Source: Vicugna vicugna
Taxonomy: Eukaryota
Length of the DNA stretch: 64,000 nt
Assembly: GCA_013265495.1 (NCBI GenBank)
Contig: MU058781.1
Coordinates: 4,527,050-4,591,049 of the forward strand
Reading direction: 5' to 3'
Shown piece after piece: positions 63,611-64,000 of this stretch. The notes under the pieces are model-generated. The model was not told where the DNA came from and did not search any database. It was given only the letters and a program-made list of their open reading frames with translations. Both the position numbers and the translations under genes were made by a program. Position 1 is the stretch's first letter. Each line of letters opens with the position of its first letter.

Positions 63611-64000
63611 CTTGAAGTCCACTTGGAGGGGAGTAAATGAAAATCTAGCAATCTAGCAACAGGCCACGCTGGGAGATGTGGCAACTGATCTAAGAGGTGG
63701 CTCTGGCCAGAATCACGGCACCAGGGACAGAAGCCTAGAGATTTGTTTAAAATGAGGGTCAGAGAGGCACTGAGGGAGGAGCTAGGGAAGGAAGCCCAGC
63801 CACAGAAAGGTCAGATGGAAGCAAACAGAGCCACTGACTCAATCTGCTGCCTAAACTCCACTTGGAGAAGCAAAGCTTGACGGGAGGGGAAGGGGCAGGC
63901 AGCCTGGAGAAGCCACTCTTTCCTCCAGAAGGTCAGCCAACTGCCCTGAATTAGGAACTCTGGGCGTCACTAGGACAACACGAAAGCCATCATGTGATAT

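Overview
Mammalian, repeat-rich, essentially non-coding DNA. Five copies of a tRNA-Ala-derived SINE with the Vic-1 tail (AAATAAACCTAATTACCTCCC) point to a camelid genome (camel/alpaca/llama). I recognise no protein-coding exon and no true RNA gene. The ORF track reads as chance ORFs plus one decayed Charlie transposase remnant. Much of the window is old eutherian interspersed repeats (L2, MIR, L1M, MaLR/ERVL/ERV1 solo LTRs, hAT-Charlie and Tigger DNA elements), several nested and with intact target-site duplications (TSDs). The most gene-like signal is a small CpG-enriched promoter at about 10.34-10.74 kb. It carries four 20-bp phased repeats with ETS/GABP-type cores, followed on the minus strand by consensus splice sites for one or two non-coding 5' exons. 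This suggests that 1-10 kb is intron of an unidentified minus-strand gene and 10.7-64 kb is its upstream intergenic region. Other oddities are a perfect 19-bp-arm hairpin (6259-6309), an E-box cluster in repeat-free DNA (27.8-28.1 kb), a 46-bp alternating purine-pyrimidine tract (53355-53400) and a 153-N gap flanked by poly(A). Repeat family names come from recalled consensus sequences, not from a database search, and boundaries without TSDs are approximate. I found no convincing evidence of a novel multi-component system.
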